From the NCBI RefSeq assembly GCF_000186885.1, contig NC_014972.1:2040001-2072000 (forward strand): DNA of 32,000 nt, in the 5' to 3' direction. The position numbers and the translations under genes are program-made. Below the pieces are notes generated by a model, which saw nothing but the letters and a program-made list of their open reading frames with translations, was not told where the DNA came from and did not search any database. The DNA is from Desulfobulbus propionicus DSM 2032 (GTDB taxonomy: Bacteria > Desulfobacterota > Desulfobulbia > Desulfobulbales > Desulfobulbaceae). The stretch's first letter is position 1; the number at the start of each line of letters is the position of its first letter. Shown one piece after another: positions 1 through 9,220 of the stretch.

Positions 1-822
1 GTGAATGTGATGCGCGGCGGCCCCTCCACCGGCCTGCCCACCAGTCCGGCTCAGGGCGACGTGCAGATGGCGCGCTGGGGCACCCATGGCGACCACCCCA
101 TCATCGTCCTGGCCGTGTCCACGGTCAGCGACTGTTTCAGCCTCACGGTCAAGGCCTTCAACCTCTCCGAACAGTTCCGCGTGCCGGTGATTCTCCTCTC
201 GGATGAGATCGTGGCGCACACCCGGGAGTGCGTCCAGCTGCCCGATGCCGCCGAACTGCGCATCCTCAATCGCCTCAAGCCGAGCGTGCCGCCGGACTGG
301 TACAAACCCTACGAGGGCGACAGCCGGGGCGTGCCCGCCATGGCCACCTTGGGCGACGGCTACCGCCATCATGTCACCGGCCTGGTCCACGACGATCTCG
401 GTTTTCCCACCGAAAAATCCAACGAGATCCTCAATTTTCAACAACGGCTGATGCACAAGATCACCCGTGGCTTCCCCGAAATCATGCTGACCCGCAGCTA
501 CCGGTTGGAGGATGCCGAGGTCGCGATCATTGCCTACGGGTCCGTGGCCCGCTCGGCCATGCGGGCGGTGGACGAGGTGCGGCAGCGCGGCATTCCGGCC
601 GGCCTGCTGCAGTTGATCACCCTCTTTCCCTTTCCGCGCAGCCATGTGACCCCGGTGCTCAAGCAGTGCCGCGCCGTGCTGGTGCCGGAGATGAACATGG
701 GCCAGATCAGCCGCGAGGTGCAGCGGGTCAATCAGGGGATGTGCACCGTGGTCAAACACAACCGGGTCGACGGCCAGTGCATCACCCCCGATGAACTCGA
801 GGCCCGGCTGGTCAAGCTGTAG
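1..822 (+). CDS. korA: 2-oxoacid:ferredoxin oxidoreductase subunit alpha, 3' fragment (5' end outside window)
   Basis: Protein NVMRGGPSTGLPTSPAQGDVQMARWGTHGDHPIIVLA... matches the conserved KorA core; the reading frame is open at the window edge; directly followed by beta and gamma subunits. Confidence 0.9.
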   Translation: MNVMRGGPSTGLPTSPAQGDVQMARWGTHGDHPIIVLAVSTVSDCFSLTVKAFNLSEQFRVPVILLSDEIVAHTRECVQLPDAAELRILNRLKPSVPPDWYKPYEGDSRGVPAMATLGDGYRHHVTGLVHDDLGFPTEKSNEILNFQQRLMHKITRGFPEIMLTRSYRLEDAEVAIIAYGSVARSAMRAVDEVRQRGIPAGLLQLITLFPFPRSHVTPVLKQCRAVLVPEMNMGQISREVQRVNQGMCTVVKHNRVDGQCITPDELEARLVKL

Positions 823-825
823 GAG

Positions 826-1674
826 GTGCGCATGACTGTTCCCGCCCAGGCCATTCGCCACGAGTATCTGCGCCACAACAAGAAGTTTCCCCATGTCTGG
901 TGCCCGGGCTGCGGCAACGGCATTGTCATGGCTGCCCTGCTGCGGGCCATCTACCGGTTGGAGCTGAGCAAGGACGAGGTGGTGCTCGCCTCGGGCATCG
1001 GCTGCTCCGGCCGCATGCCCACCTATCTCGATTTCAACACCCTGCACACCACCCACGGCCGGGCCCTAACCTTTGCCACCGGCGTCAAGCTGGCCAACCC
1101 GGCCCTGAATGTGGTGGTGATCATGGGCGACGGCGATGCCACCGCCATCGGCGGCAATCACTTCATCCATGCCGCCCGCCGCAATCTCAACCTGACCGCG
1201 ATCATCATCAACAATTCGATCTACGGCATGACCGGTGGCCAGTATTCGCCGACCACGCCCTTTGGCGCCCGCTCGACCACCTCGGTCTACGGCCACATCG
1301 AACAGGCCTTTTCCATCGCCGAGCTGGCGGTGACCGCCGGCGCCGCCTTTGTCGCCCGGTCCACCGTCTACCACGCCGACCTGATCGACCAGCTGATCGA
1401 ACAGGCCATGCGCAAGCAGGGGTTTGCCGTGGTCGAGGTGATCTCCAACTGTCATGTCCAGTACGGCCGGCGCAATCAGCTGGGGGATGCGGTGGAGATG
1501 CTCACGAGATTCAGGGACCAGGCGATCACGGTGAGCAAGGCGGCCAAGCTGTCAGCCGAGGAGCTGGCGGGCAGGATTACCATCGGCGTGCTTGCCGACC
1601 GCGACCTGCCCATCTCCACCGAGGAGTACGACAAGGTACGGCAGCGGGCCAGCGAGGAGGGGATGCTGCGATGA
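826..1674 (+). CDS. korB: 2-oxoacid:ferredoxin oxidoreductase subunit beta (TPP-binding)
   Basis: WCPGCGNGIVMAALLRAI, GIGCSGR, and the TPP motif GDGDATAIGGNHFIHAARRNLNLTAIIINNSIYGMTGGQ. Confidence 0.93.
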   Translation: MRMTVPAQAIRHEYLRHNKKFPHVWCPGCGNGIVMAALLRAIYRLELSKDEVVLASGIGCSGRMPTYLDFNTLHTTHGRALTFATGVKLANPALNVVVIMGDGDATAIGGNHFIHAARRNLNLTAIIINNSIYGMTGGQYSPTTPFGARSTTSVYGHIEQAFSIAELAVTAGAAFVARSTVYHADLIDQLIEQAMRKQGFAVVEVISNCHVQYGRRNQLGDAVEMLTRFRDQAITVSKAAKLSAEELAGRITIGVLADRDLPISTEEYDKVRQRASEEGMLR

Positions 1675-2264
1675 AGCTTCCCGTGAAACGACGCTACGAG
1701 ATGCGGTTCAGCGGTTCCGGCGGCCAGGGGCTGATCATGGCCGCAGTCGTCTTTGCCGAGGCGGTCGGAGTGTATGACGGCAAGTATGTCTGCCAGACCC
1801 AGAGCTACGGACCGGAAGCCCGGGGCGGCAAGTCCAAGGCCGAGGTGGTGATCAGCGATGCGCCCATCGATTATCCCAAGGCCCGGCGGCTTGACCTGCT
1901 GTTGGCCATGAATCAGACCGCCTGCGATGCCTATTACCGCGATCTCAATCCCGATGGCTTGCTGGTGGTCGACAGTTCGCTGGTCAGCCAGTATCCCACC
2001 AGCCGCATCATCGCCATTCCCTTTACCCGCATTGCCCGGGACGAGCTGGGCCGGGAGATGGCGGCCAACATGGTGGCCCTGGGGGCGGTGGGACTCCTCT
2101 CCGGGCAGGTGATCAGCAACTCCCTGGAAAAGGCGCTGCTGGCCCGGGTGCCGCCGGGGAGCGAGGAATTCAACCGTGCGGCCCTCCATCGGGGGATGGA
2201 CGAGGCCGCCAAGATCAATCTGGACGCGCTACCGCGGTCCGTGCTCAGTGATGACGAGGTGTGA
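1671..2264 (+). CDS. korC: 2-oxoacid:ferredoxin oxidoreductase subunit gamma
   Basis: MRFSGSGGQGLIMAAVVFAEA...QSYGPEARGGKSKAEVVIS; ATG overlaps the stop of korB by 4 nt. Confidence 0.9.
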   Translation: MKLPVKRRYEMRFSGSGGQGLIMAAVVFAEAVGVYDGKYVCQTQSYGPEARGGKSKAEVVISDAPIDYPKARRLDLLLAMNQTACDAYYRDLNPDGLLVVDSSLVSQYPTSRIIAIPFTRIARDELGREMAANMVALGAVGLLSGQVISNSLEKALLARVPPGSEEFNRAALHRGMDEAAKINLDALPRSVLSDDEV

Positions 2265-2265
2265 G

Positions 2266-2841
2266 ATGAAAGTTGTCGCCTTTAATGGAAGTGCCCGCAA
2301 AAACGGCAATACCGCCATGATGATCGGCTACCTGTTCGAAGAGTTGGAGCGTGAGGGTATCGAGACCGAGATGGTCCAACTGGCCGGCGAGCACCCCCAC
2401 GGCTGCATCGCCTGCTACCAGTGCTTTAAGAACAAGAACGGCCGCTGCATCGTCGATATCGACTGCATCAACGGCTGCATCGAGAAGATGCTGGCTGCGG
2501 ACGCGATCGTGCTGGCCTCGCCCACCTATTTCGCCGACATCTCCACCGAGATGAAGGCCCTGATCGACCGGGCCGGCATGACCTCGCGCGCCAACGGCGA
2601 CATGTTCAAGCGCAAGCTGGGCGCGGCCATCGTCACCCAGCGCCGGGGCGGCGGCATCCACGCCTTTGACTCGATGAACCATTTCTTCACTATCGGCCAA
2701 ATGGTCATCGTCGGTTCCTCGTACTGGAACATGGGCTTTGGCCGGGAGAAGGGGGAGGTGGCCCAGGACACCGAGGCGATCACCGTCATGCACGACCTGG
2801 GCAGGAACATGGCCTGGCTGTTGAAAAAAATTCACGCCTAG
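2266..2841 (+). CDS. Flavodoxin-fold / NADPH-dependent FMN reductase family protein with Cys-rich insert
   Basis: MKVVAFNGSARKNGNTAMMIGYLFEELE (FMN phosphate loop), C-X2-C-X2-C-X7-C motif (GCIACYQCFKNKNGRC), ASPTYFADIS. Confidence 0.82.
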   Translation: MKVVAFNGSARKNGNTAMMIGYLFEELEREGIETEMVQLAGEHPHGCIACYQCFKNKNGRCIVDIDCINGCIEKMLAADAIVLASPTYFADISTEMKALIDRAGMTSRANGDMFKRKLGAAIVTQRRGGGIHAFDSMNHFFTIGQMVIVGSSYWNMGFGREKGEVAQDTEAITVMHDLGRNMAWLLKKIHA

Positions 2842-2854
2842 CCAAAGCAAGGGA

Positions 2855-2878
2855 GAAAAAGGGAACGCTCCCTTTTTC
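2855..2878 (+). terminator. Strong hairpin, probable transcription terminator after the kor/flavoprotein operon
   Basis: GAAAAAGGGA-acgc-TCCCTTTTTC is a perfect 10-bp stem with a 4-nt loop, 13 nt after the stop codon. Confidence 0.65.
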
Positions 2879-2979
2879 GATGATCGCGGGCGGCCGCCGA
2901 GCCGCCAAGCACCTGGCAACCATCCGGCATGACAACGTGTTGATTTATTAAAATTTACTTTGACCGATAAAAGAGAACA

Positions 2980-3058
2980 CCCTATAAGACAACAGGGCGG
3001 CGAGAGCAGACTATGCCTCTCGCCGAACTCTTGAACAGGTCACTGCGAAAGGGGAGAC
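2980..3058 (+). promoter_or_regulatory. Candidate structured 5' leader of the zinc-ribbon gene
   Basis: Consecutive potential hairpins: CCCT/AGGG (2980-2983/2994-2997), GGCGAGAG/CTCTCGCC (2999-3006/3017-3024), then GGTC...GACC just upstream of ATG 3065. Confidence 0.35.
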
Positions 3059-3064
3059 CGAGGC

Positions 3065-3250
3065 ATGCTGGCAATTTGCGAAGAATGTTCAAAAAAATAC
3101 AATATTGATGAATCCAAAATGAAGGGGCCAAGGGCGCGCTTTTCCTGTCAGGAATGCGGACACATCATCGTGGTGGTAAAAAGCGGTGCCTCCGAAGCGG
3201 AAGCTCCCCAGCAGCCAACCGCCGGCACTGCCGGGAAAAACGAGGCGTGA
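3065..3250 (+). CDS. Small zinc-ribbon (MJ0042-type finger-like) protein
   Basis: MLAICEECSKKYNIDESKMKGPRARFSCQECGHIIVVV; CxxC...CxxC knuckles; ATG preceded by GGGGAGA. Confidence 0.7.
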   Translation: MLAICEECSKKYNIDESKMKGPRARFSCQECGHIIVVVKSGASEAEAPQQPTAGTAGKNEA

Positions 3251-3360
3251 CGGCCGCACGCGGAGGCTGTTGCGCCCTCTCGACAACCATGAGGAAAATG
3301 GCTCACTCCTCTTTGGCCTTTGCCTATTTTCCGCCCATTGACGTGCAGTAACGCCGAGAC

Positions 3361-3963
3361 ATGCTTATTCCACGGGAACGGCCTTATCTGGAAGGTCTCA
3401 ACAGCTATTACCTGCATCTGGAAAAATTCATCGAACACCTGCAGGGAGACATAGGATCGGGCGGAGTCCACTGCGTCTCGCCTGGCCTGCAGATGCTCGT
3501 CTATTTCAATGAACAGGAGGTCATCAGCTGTCTTGTTCAGGAAAAAGGAAGGGACGCCCATTTTGCCCCTTCCTTTGAAATCGTCCGGGGACGCTTCTAC
3601 AGCGGCAGTTATGCGATTTCCGTCCATCAACTTGACCAGAACGCCATTTTTTTCTGGGCCCAGATGCCGCCGTTCCAGCGGGCAAAATCAGCCCTGCGGT
3701 CAACGGAGATTCCCTTGCCGGACCTGATTTTTCGTCTGCGGATGAAACAATTTTCCGGCTTTATCGAAGTTCAGGTCGGGAAGAAAAACGAGGGCGGCGT
3801 GCTGTTTTTTAACGAGGGGGAACGGATTGGCGGTTCCTACACCTGGGGCAAAGGGGGGATGAGTACGTCGGATGACGATTACAACTCCCTGCTTGGCCGG
3901 GTCCAGGTCAACGAGGGAATTTTTACCTTCGGCAGTTTCGTCAAGGAGGACAAGCAGGCCTAG
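3361..3963 (+). CDS. Conserved-looking uncharacterised protein, possibly two DUF4388/PATAN-like modules
   Basis: 200-aa ORF co-oriented with the zinc-ribbon gene; two halves share a L-x2-F/L-I-x2-L...G...(V/L)xxF/YFNE pattern. Confidence 0.6.
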   Translation: MLIPRERPYLEGLNSYYLHLEKFIEHLQGDIGSGGVHCVSPGLQMLVYFNEQEVISCLVQEKGRDAHFAPSFEIVRGRFYSGSYAISVHQLDQNAIFFWAQMPPFQRAKSALRSTEIPLPDLIFRLRMKQFSGFIEVQVGKKNEGGVLFFNEGERIGGSYTWGKGGMSTSDDDYNSLLGRVQVNEGIFTFGSFVKEDKQA

Positions 3964-3979
3964 GCGGTGCCCGCCGACG

Positions 3980-5095
3980 TCACGGCCTGTTGTCGTCCGT
4001 CCCGGTAGATTGAAGCGTTGTTTTGTCCAGAGATATCGCCTGTTCTTCATTCCATCCCTTGCCCGCCAACTGACCGCAGGCCGCCGAAATATCCTCGCCG
4101 CGGCTGGTGCGGATAAACACGGTGTACCCGCGATCGCGCAGAATCCTCTGGAAACAGAGCACACGCTCCTCGCCCGGGCTTTGATAGGCGCTGCCACTGC
4201 CCGGGTTGACCGCCAGCAGATTGATCTTGCAAGGCACCTCGCGCAGCAACTCGGCGAGCTGCACCGCGTCCGCATCGCTGTCGTTAATGCCTTGCAGCAA
4301 GGTGTATTCAAACATGATCCGCTTGCGCCGTTTCTGGCGGTAGGTGCGGCAAACCTCGATCAGTTCGGCGATCGGGTAGCGTTTGTTGACCGGCATCAGA
4401 CGGCTGCGGACCTCGTCGTTGACCGCATGCAGCGACACTGCCAGGTTGACGTCGGTCTCCTCACCCAGGCGGCGCATCTGCGGCACCAGACCGCAGGTGG
4501 ACACAGTGATCCGCCGGTTGGAGAAGTCCAGACCGCGCTGTTCGGTGAGGATGGCGATGGCGTCCAGCAGGTTGTCGAAGTTGGCCAGCGGCTCGCCCAT
4601 GCCCATGAAAACAATATTGGTCAACAGCCCCTTGTCGTGGGCCAGCGTCCAATCGCGTACCGCGCACACCTGATTGACAATCTCGGCGGTGGTCAAATTG
4701 CGGCAAAAACCCATGGCCCCGGTCAGGCAAAAACTGCACCCCATGGCACAGCCGACCTGGGAAGAGACACACAGGGTGTTGCGGTCCTCCTCGGGAATGA
4801 GCACGGACTCGATGATTTGGCCGTCATCGAGGCGAAAGGCGAATTTGACCGCGCCGTCGCGCGAACACTCGACCATGCAGTCGTCAAAGCGGCTCATGAA
4901 AGCCGACTGGGTAAGGATGGCCCGGAATTCCTTGGCCAGATCGGTCATCTGGGTGAAATCGATGATTCCGGGTCGATAGATCCAGGCCAGGATCTGGCGG
5001 CCACGAAAGGCTGGCTGCCCCAGGGACTCGACAAAGCGTACCAACTGTTCCTGGGTCAGATTTTTCAGGTCGGTTTTTTTCGCGGCAACATTCAT
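3980..5095 (-). CDS. rlmN: 23S rRNA (adenine(2503)-C(2))-methyltransferase / tRNA A37 methyltransferase, radical SAM
   Basis: SSQVGCAMGCSFCLTGAMGFCRNLTTAEIVNQV, NIVFMGMGEPLANFDN, VNLAVSLHAVNDEVRSRLMPVNKRYP, ISAACGQL. Confidence 0.95.
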   Translation of the reverse strand: MNVAAKKTDLKNLTQEQLVRFVESLGQPAFRGRQILAWIYRPGIIDFTQMTDLAKEFRAILTQSAFMSRFDDCMVECSRDGAVKFAFRLDDGQIIESVLIPEEDRNTLCVSSQVGCAMGCSFCLTGAMGFCRNLTTAEIVNQVCAVRDWTLAHDKGLLTNIVFMGMGEPLANFDNLLDAIAILTEQRGLDFSNRRITVSTCGLVPQMRRLGEETDVNLAVSLHAVNDEVRSRLMPVNKRYPIAELIEVCRTYRQKRRKRIMFEYTLLQGINDSDADAVQLAELLREVPCKINLLAVNPGSGSAYQSPGEERVLCFQRILRDRGYTVFIRTSRGEDISAACGQLAGKGWNEEQAISLDKTTLQSTGTDDNRP

Positions 5096-5160
5096 GCAAC
5101 TTCTCACGGTTTATCGGCAACAGATTGAATAATGGTCTTTTCTTGCAGCTGGTCACACCG

Positions 5161-6063
5161 TTACAGGCAGCGATACGGTTCCGCCTTCAGCGCCAGGCTG
5201 CCGTTTAGGGCCTGGTCGATGGTGGCCAGCATCCGGTCGCGATCCCTGGGCAGGCGGCCGCTCAAGGAAAAGTAATTCGAGGCATGGTTGGCATGGAACT
5301 GGGCGCGATGCGGTCCCAATCCGGCCAGCAGGGTGCGCAGTTCGCGAAACAGTTGCTCCTGATCGGGCATCGCGAACCGTCCGGCCCGCATTTGCCGATA
5401 GAGCGGGGTGTTGGGCAGCAGCATCAAGGTGAGCACCGCGATCTGGTGTGGCTGCATCCGGTTGAGTACCGAAGCGGTGGCCCGCGCATGGGCCTGCGAT
5501 TGCGTCACGCCGGCAATACCGAGCAGGCAGGTTACCGAGAGAAAGAGGCCGGTGGCCCGAATCCGCCTGCCGGCCGTGACCATGGCCTCGCTGTCCACGC
5601 CCTTGGCAATGGCGGCCAAGGTCGGATCATGACCGCTTTCCAACCCCAGATAGAGCCGGCCCAATCCGAGCCGCTTATAGTGCGCCAACTGCTGATCCGT
5701 CTTTTCCTCGATGTTTTGGCAACTGGCGTAACAGCTGACCCGCCGGATCCAAGGCAACTGTTCGCGGATACGTTCCAGGAGCGCAACCAACCGCTCGTGC
5801 GGCAGGGCCAGGACATCGCCGTCGGCGAGAAAGAGAGTGGTCTGGCGGCGGCACCAGGCAGCGGCAAAGGCGAGATCGGCCTCGATCTGCTCCCAGGATT
5901 TGCTTTGAAAGGGTTTGTCGCGGTAGGCCCCGCAAAAGGTGCAACGGTTGTGGGAACAACCCGTGGTCACCTGCAGGATCAGGGAAAAGGCCTCGCTGGG
6001 CGGGCGGATGATATCTCCTACGTAATCCACGGCGAAAAGACTGCCCATGGACAAAATGTCCAT
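5161..6063 (-). CDS. Uncharacterised radical SAM protein (paralog of the gene at 17981-18850)
   Basis: IIRPPSEAFSLILQVTTGCSHNRCTFCGAYRDKPF with the CxxxCxxC cluster motif; conserved HANHASNYFSLSGRLPRD near the C-terminus. Start set at the ATG ending at 6063. Confidence 0.85.
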   Translation of the reverse strand: MDILSMGSLFAVDYVGDIIRPPSEAFSLILQVTTGCSHNRCTFCGAYRDKPFQSKSWEQIEADLAFAAAWCRRQTTLFLADGDVLALPHERLVALLERIREQLPWIRRVSCYASCQNIEEKTDQQLAHYKRLGLGRLYLGLESGHDPTLAAIAKGVDSEAMVTAGRRIRATGLFLSVTCLLGIAGVTQSQAHARATASVLNRMQPHQIAVLTLMLLPNTPLYRQMRAGRFAMPDQEQLFRELRTLLAGLGPHRAQFHANHASNYFSLSGRLPRDRDRMLATIDQALNGSLALKAEPYRCL

Positions 6064-6083
6064 GGGCAGCGAGGATCTGGATA

Positions 6084-7166
6084 TCAGCCGTTCTTCTTGG
6101 CGAAATCGGCCATGAAGGTGACCAGCTTTTCCACGCCCTCCCTGGGGAAGGCGTTGTAGATCGAGGCACGGCAACCGCCGACCGAACGGTGGCCCTTCAA
6201 CCCATCCAGGCCGACCGCGGTGGCCTCGCGGATGAACTGGGCCTCCAGTTCCGGGGTGGGCAAATTGAAGGCGACGTTCATCAGCGAACGGGATTCCTTC
6301 TCCGCATGGCCCCGATAAAATTCGGTGCTGTCGATTACCTCGTACAAGAGCGCCGCCTTTTCGCGATTGAGTTTCTCGATGGCCGCCACGCCGCCCGTCT
6401 GTTTGAGCCAATTCATCACCCGACCGACACAGTAGATGGAAAAACAGGGCGGGGTGTTGAACATCGAGTCCTTCTCGGCATGGGTCTTATACTTGAGCAT
6501 GGTCGGCACCTTGTCGTCGACCCGGTCGAGCAGATCCTCGCGGATGATCACCACGGTCACCCCGGCCGGCCCCATGTTCTTCTGCGCGCCGGCAAAGATC
6601 AAACCGAACTTGCTGACATCCACCGGACGGCTCAGGATGTCCGAGGACATGTCGGCAATGAGCATGGCCTCCTTGTTGGGCATGGTCGGGAACTGGGTGC
6701 CGTAGATGGTGTTGTTGGTGACGAAATAGAGGTACTGGCTGTCCGGGGCCACGGTGTACTCGTCGTCGCGCGGCACCCGCTTGAAGGTGATGTCCTCGCT
6801 TGAGTAGGCCACCTCGACTTGGCCGAACAGCTTGGCCTCCTTGATCGCCTTTTTCGCCCACACGCCAGTGTTGAGGTAGGTGGCTTTCTGGTCGGCCTTG
6901 AGCAGGTTCATCGGCACCATAAAGAACTGCGAGGAAGCGCCGCCCTGAAGAAAGAGCACCTTGTAGTTGGCGGGAATACCCATGAGTTCGCGGATCAGAT
7001 TCTCGGTTTCCTCGGCCACGGCCATGAACTCCTTGGAACGATGGCTAAGCTCGATCAGGCCGATGCCCTTGTCCTTGAAATTGACGATGTCAACCGCCGC
7101 CTCCTGGAGGACGGAATAGGGCAGGGTGCCTGGGCCGGGACTGAAATTATAAATTCTCTCGGGCAT
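6084..7166 (-). CDS. serC: Phosphoserine aminotransferase
   Basis: IYNFSPGPGTLPYSVLQEA, LFLQGGASSQFFMVPMNL, PLP-lysine region FGLIFAGAQKNMGPAGVTVVII. Confidence 0.95.
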   Translation of the reverse strand: MPERIYNFSPGPGTLPYSVLQEAAVDIVNFKDKGIGLIELSHRSKEFMAVAEETENLIRELMGIPANYKVLFLQGGASSQFFMVPMNLLKADQKATYLNTGVWAKKAIKEAKLFGQVEVAYSSEDITFKRVPRDDEYTVAPDSQYLYFVTNNTIYGTQFPTMPNKEAMLIADMSSDILSRPVDVSKFGLIFAGAQKNMGPAGVTVVIIREDLLDRVDDKVPTMLKYKTHAEKDSMFNTPPCFSIYCVGRVMNWLKQTGGVAAIEKLNREKAALLYEVIDSTEFYRGHAEKESRSLMNVAFNLPTPELEAQFIREATAVGLDGLKGHRSVGGCRASIYNAFPREGVEKLVTFMADFAKKNG

Positions 7167-7208
7167 TACTCTCTCCTTGATGCATGGATAATGGGCGAAA
7201 AAGATGGA

Positions 7209-7673
7209 TTATCGGCGGATTTGCCGCAGGGCTTCATACAGAACAATACCCGCGGCCATGGCCAGATTGAGACTGCGGATATGGGGATTGGTCATCGGGA
7301 TCGTCAGGCAGCGGTCACTATACAGCGTGAGAATCTCTTCGGGCAAGCCTTTTGTCTCCTTGCCGAAGATCAACCTGTCGCCGGGACAAAACCGGGCCTC
7401 GGTGTACGATCGTTTTGTTTTCGTGGTCAGAAAATGCAAATGGCGTTCATCCGCCTGCTGGAGAAAGGCATCCAGGCTGTCCCAGTGATTGATCCGCACA
7501 TGGGGCCAGTAATCAAGCCCGGCCCGCTTGAGGTGTTTGTCGTCGATTTGGAAGCCAAGCGGATGGACCAGATCGAGCACCGTGTCCGTGGCCCCGCACA
7601 ACCGGGCGATGGAACCGGTATTGGGCGGGATCTCCGGTTCGACGAGAACGATATGAAGAGCAGAAGAATCCAT
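7209..7673 (-). CDS. trmL: tRNA (cytidine(34)-2'-O)-methyltransferase, SPOUT family
   Basis: LHIVLVEPEIPPNTGSIARLCGATDTVLDLVHPLGF, IFGKETKGLPEEIL, IPMTNPHIRSLNLAMAAGIVLYEALRQ. Confidence 0.92.
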   Translation of the reverse strand: MDSSALHIVLVEPEIPPNTGSIARLCGATDTVLDLVHPLGFQIDDKHLKRAGLDYWPHVRINHWDSLDAFLQQADERHLHFLTTKTKRSYTEARFCPGDRLIFGKETKGLPEEILTLYSDRCLTIPMTNPHIRSLNLAMAAGIVLYEALRQIRR

Positions 7674-7978
7674 GGGCAGCATATTGAGCAGAAAGAAAAA
7701 CGTTTCCGTATGTACAGAATATGGATTGATGTTGCAAATTTAAAAATACGTTTTACATTCTTTGCTCCGCTTTTCGTTGCCCCGCTCCCCGGGACCGATC
7801 CGTCCACAACGTTTTCCCCGATGACAGGCGGACAACCAGAGCGCGAAACATGCAACAATAGATGGACCGCGGTTGCCACCCCAGGCGCCATTCCATGAAA
7901 CCGTTCGGATGACCACGGTTGACGCGGTCTCTGCGGCAGCCGTTGCCCCCTCCATTCATTCTTTTTTGGGATACGATC

Positions 7979-9217
<1,239 letters not shown>

Positions 9218-9220
9218 CCC

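Noticed and set aside
900-1670. N-terminal extension of the korC ORF (900-1670)
   Set aside because: Overlaps korB out of frame; the Arg/Pro-rich translation is typical of a shadow frame. The true start is ATG 1671.
3872-5128. 418-aa plus-strand ORF opposite rlmN
   Set aside because: Antisense shadow ORF; rlmN on the minus strand has all catalytic motifs.
7674-7978. Possible lysine riboswitch in the long lysC upstream region
   Set aside because: No recognisable lysine-riboswitch core and no convincing terminator/antiterminator pair by eye; an Infernal scan would settle it.
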